24,913 nt of DNA from a virus (Duplodnaviria > Caudoviricetes), in IMG/VR virus record IMGVR_UViG_3300049811_000016, positions 1 through 24,913 of that record. The stretch is one strand, 5' to 3'. Made by a program: the position numbers and the translations under genes. Positions 24,101-24,913 of this stretch are shown piece after piece; within the stretch, counting starts at the first letter, position 1, and every line of letters begins with the position of its first letter. Below the pieces are notes generated by a model that had not been told where the DNA came from, did not search any database, and saw only the letters and a program-made list of their open reading frames with translations.

Positions 24101-24913
24101 TGTTTCGCCCCGAGCAGATCAAGTCCGTCATCGGCAACCGCGGCACCTTCGACCCGAACAACCCCGACATCCGCTTCAGCAACCGCGCAGACCCGTTCTA
24201 CTCCGCGCTCGTTCGCTCGGTCGAGAACGGCACGATGCCGAAGCGCGGCGGTGCGGCGGCCTATAAGGCTTGGCTCGACGGCGCGCAGCGCCGCGGTGAG
24301 TTCAAGCAGGCCGAGCGCGACTGGATGGGCGTCGATGCGTGGCTCGACTCGCAGCAGGGCGAGGTCACGAAGGCCGCGCTCGTCGACTTCGTGCGGGCGA
24401 ATCAGGTGGAGGTGCGGGAGACGGTGCTGAGCGAGACGCCGACGGTCAACGTCGAGGTCGTCGATACCGGCGACGGGTGGGAGGTGTTGCACAACGGGAT
24501 CGTGGTGGACTCGGCGGCCGATGAGCAAACGGCGCGCGGCTACGCGGACGAGCTTGAAGGCCAGTTGATGGCCGAGGACGCGCGCGGCAACGAAACCAAA
24601 TTCGGCAAGTACCAACTCCCTGGCGGCCAGAACTACCGCGAGCTGCTGCTGACGCTGCCGGAGCTTCCGCAAGAACAGGAAGCGCAGCCCGACCTTACGG
24701 GGTGGTCTGTTGAGCAAGCCGACAGCGGGATGTTTCGTATTCGCCGCCCAGATGGTGAATACAACCGCCATTCTGTTGACGGAAGCATCAATGAGTGGCG
24801 AGAGCGCCGAGGCGCTGAAAGCGCCATGCACAACGCCGCCAAGCGAGAGCAAGGCATCAAGACACCTGCGTGGCGCGGTTTCCGCAGCACCCACTTCGAC
24901 CAGCCCAACATCC
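18193..24913 (+). CDS. Giant polyvalent virion protein (>2240 aa, runs off the window): metallopeptidase, three ART-like domains and additional domains
   Basis: ATG 18193 overlaps TGA 18194-18196, with GGAG at 18181-18184. I found no stop in this frame to the window end, and the ORF track has no ORF in this frame. HEAIGH at 22147; YHG(T/S) at 22600, 23362 and 23824. Confidence 0.88.
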   Translation, partial: MKPTLPDGFQWVESSGESQAKPKLPEGWRWEQGIGEIAGSSVVRKVGQTEAAAGRALSDAGIETGLVESGEQRIAENAPAVTSVSEAVQNPGDFVVQSVAETPVDMAVNLTGRAAGAGLGRLIGSRFGAGQAGQNIGEEVGGFLASGIQSYGSIRAEQEQNGIDSIPQALLGAAASSLLEQFGPERAAAAIIKGGGRLGPGDSRLTNAGREMLRGMGIEGATEYPQSLIEQAAGGGDPFSAEGQSQAAFEALSGAVGGGAVGGALGAIAPREQPRAPITAEDMLAQLDAGVIPNASIDSLVPVVPGAAQNESNSRPVTRMVEQNPLPEPPAQVVPEQVAPEPVAPIAQAPAADPGERVQPGPIAGAPRVQPGPPPAEAVRAVGFVPDPAKGPVSRAVDTALKTGAIQPSIIVPPPSSSRGEVTIPARPAQQPVQPTTQPAATQPAAEPTAASQPPAPPIADQQAAQDRRVVEEPERVIELRFEVVMSKLGNPFKSELAAQAAARQRPGFSVFKQGPKEWVLRRQIADVIDPSTGEVLTRQRQTPEEIRTAVRNQARTGQPQTTDFIAKTFGIPIDEARAIRKGVMSELRAERVEQAKQRTAVAETAPVVEQQAAPQADTVQPPAVADTPAQTPAQPSVPVVADPVAERPASSPQAPAVEQETAVGAPAPSAEPETDDQRLARIRATPNVQRSQEDVDWANALTRSRARAEAEPTKASAPDEIDEFAKTRKSPMLAAKAGAALRGQVRNNGRVVKLADLIREKVAAGATIETREKQDALVAPDGSYLLQKQTGAYGMQFARWMVEQRTESSATQDATQEAKPEAESRVPDATSWVIREKSTGKVIVETFDRKKVDALNTERYEAVPITQHLVEVNDPNSKAGRAARGRPVAEPVAEAAPAPSAEPEAQPAAAAPEPAPAEQPTPAAESPAPAAKRAPKRAAAKAAPGWLQETNYAVGDRFRVVKDFDYLTAGIDMRIESASDGQVNVRRVSGDSGTFLSRRQWTQAVSSGMVEKIAPSVSDRAPTTQRMPPAEMRSALLRQIDEAIASALDSPAAALKVGKSFTRRGNKVTPVTMDGKPVLEIVKKGDSYAVTPTGTGAKAIATAADMESAKAMAARALQGAQWSEKGGPAGSWTFGSTEATDFATFSVPGGPSYRVVRTKDRLQALRDEIAKNPGFRPPAPPQRPKIASTLSETIAELRGSNDPEERWNAVELLRALGRNTEADALAKDLPARAQFSNAASAPAQSLRAEVIRSLYAPITRGWKVRVNVVATPDDFPDAVKRSSGFNPELSEAVIVGDDIYIAASMVDSVRDAYRLLAHEAIGHAGVEGMVGKRDWPALVKQVNTLLDSSRDWLPVEVAKRYPGADADTRAAEAIAIMAERGVRSTVLGRIMASTRRTLRAMGFNVQFSASELREMIAAAARSMSHSKGYSEEARFSAAARQSVTDTEEFRRWFGDSKIVDENGEPMVMYHGTRHSFDAFNREGRRGQDRMHYFTSDPEGAGEYAGDVRYGTPNVMPVYLSVTRPYQFDAGGAQWWSLPITIFPPEITRHFDERNILRGREGSTPQIGFTDVNRAAKTEGYDGVVADNIRDGAGVYGDATPSKVVVAFRPEQIKSAIGNVGAYGQRPVTPDEAARFGMTPDEANAAQARGDIRFSNAAGIEVEELDFTSYVGTAGLTDTEVSSSTMRDLAARLWRDVGARSPFFTRWFGQSKMRRSNGEPIKLYHGSPRGAFDAFDVSRAGENTGYSASGLGIFMTPRRAAAERYADGGTVLSLHARIERPYRMEVEEFSSFETVADARKRKAQLIAAGYDGIVVPADGTVIAFMPNQVKSIDNIGTFDNADDRMRFSNRDVTSTPEFRQWFGDSKVVDERGEPLVVYHGTKSDFAEFQTTSGELGRGIYFTPYPDTAGMFADRSRGESQSIMPVYLRMENPLITGDRNKARADGPTKLQKLGYDGVIFTSSTGEVQYLVFRPEQIKSVIGNRGTFDPNNPDIRFSNRADPFYSALVRSVENGTMPKRGGAAAYKAWLDGAQRRGEFKQAERDWMGVDAWLDSQQGEVTKAALVDFVRANQVEVRETVLSETPTVNVEVVDTGDGWEVLHNGIVVDSAADEQTARGYADELEGQLMAEDARGNETKFGKYQLPGGQNYRELLLTLPELPQEQEAQPDLTGWSVEQADSGMFRIRRPDGEYNRHSVDGSINEWRERRGAESAMHNAAKREQGIKTPAWRGFRSTHFDQPNI
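19261..19311 (+). repeat. 18-bp direct repeat (RVQPGP x2) in a Pro-rich linker
   Basis: CGCGTGCAGCCCGGCCCG at 19261-19278 and 19294-19311. Confidence 0.85.
21904..22470 (+). other. Zincin-like metallopeptidase domain within the giant protein
   Basis: DDIYIAASMV......LLAHEAIGHAGV (HExxGH at 22147-22164) and a downstream RAAEAIAIMAE helix that could supply the third Zn ligand. Confidence 0.75.
22519..24183 (+). repeat. Three tandem ART-PolyVal-like ADP-ribosyltransferase domains (about 22519-23160, 23293-23739, 23743-24183)
   Basis: Each copy has F.RWFG.SK...GEP...YHG(T/S)...F..F...(Y/F)(F/M)T...GYDG...(A/V)F.P.Q(I/V)KS...N.G..RFSN (copy 3 reads FRQWFG). Confidence 0.8.

Overview
The window is one continuous, + strand late (virion morphogenesis) region of a high-GC tailed dsDNA phage or prophage. 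It starts at an N4-gp56/DUF4043-type major capsid gene, followed by a probable decoration protein, an intrinsic terminator, a probable head-tail adaptor, a free-standing zinc-finger HNH endonuclease, several tail/receptor-binding genes and probable ejection proteins. It ends inside a giant ORF (18193 to beyond 24913, >2240 codons) that the supplied ORF track misses because it has no stop in the window. My translation of that ORF shows a large 'polyvalent' protein: a HExxGH zincin metallopeptidase followed by three tandem ADP-ribosyltransferase-like (ART-PolyVal-type) domains and further domains, with a recurring (R/Q)FS linker at each junction. Other notable points: the 3' end of the 1039-aa repeat tail gene appears broken by an in-frame TAG plus a -1 frameshift; the gene upstream of the HNH has a recoded 3' end next to a sigma70-like promoter; and several low-GC segments look recently swapped. 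No tRNA, rRNA, CRISPR array, reverse transcriptase, integrase or recognisable tape-measure/sheath gene was seen. Functional calls come from motif recognition by eye; no database searches were run.
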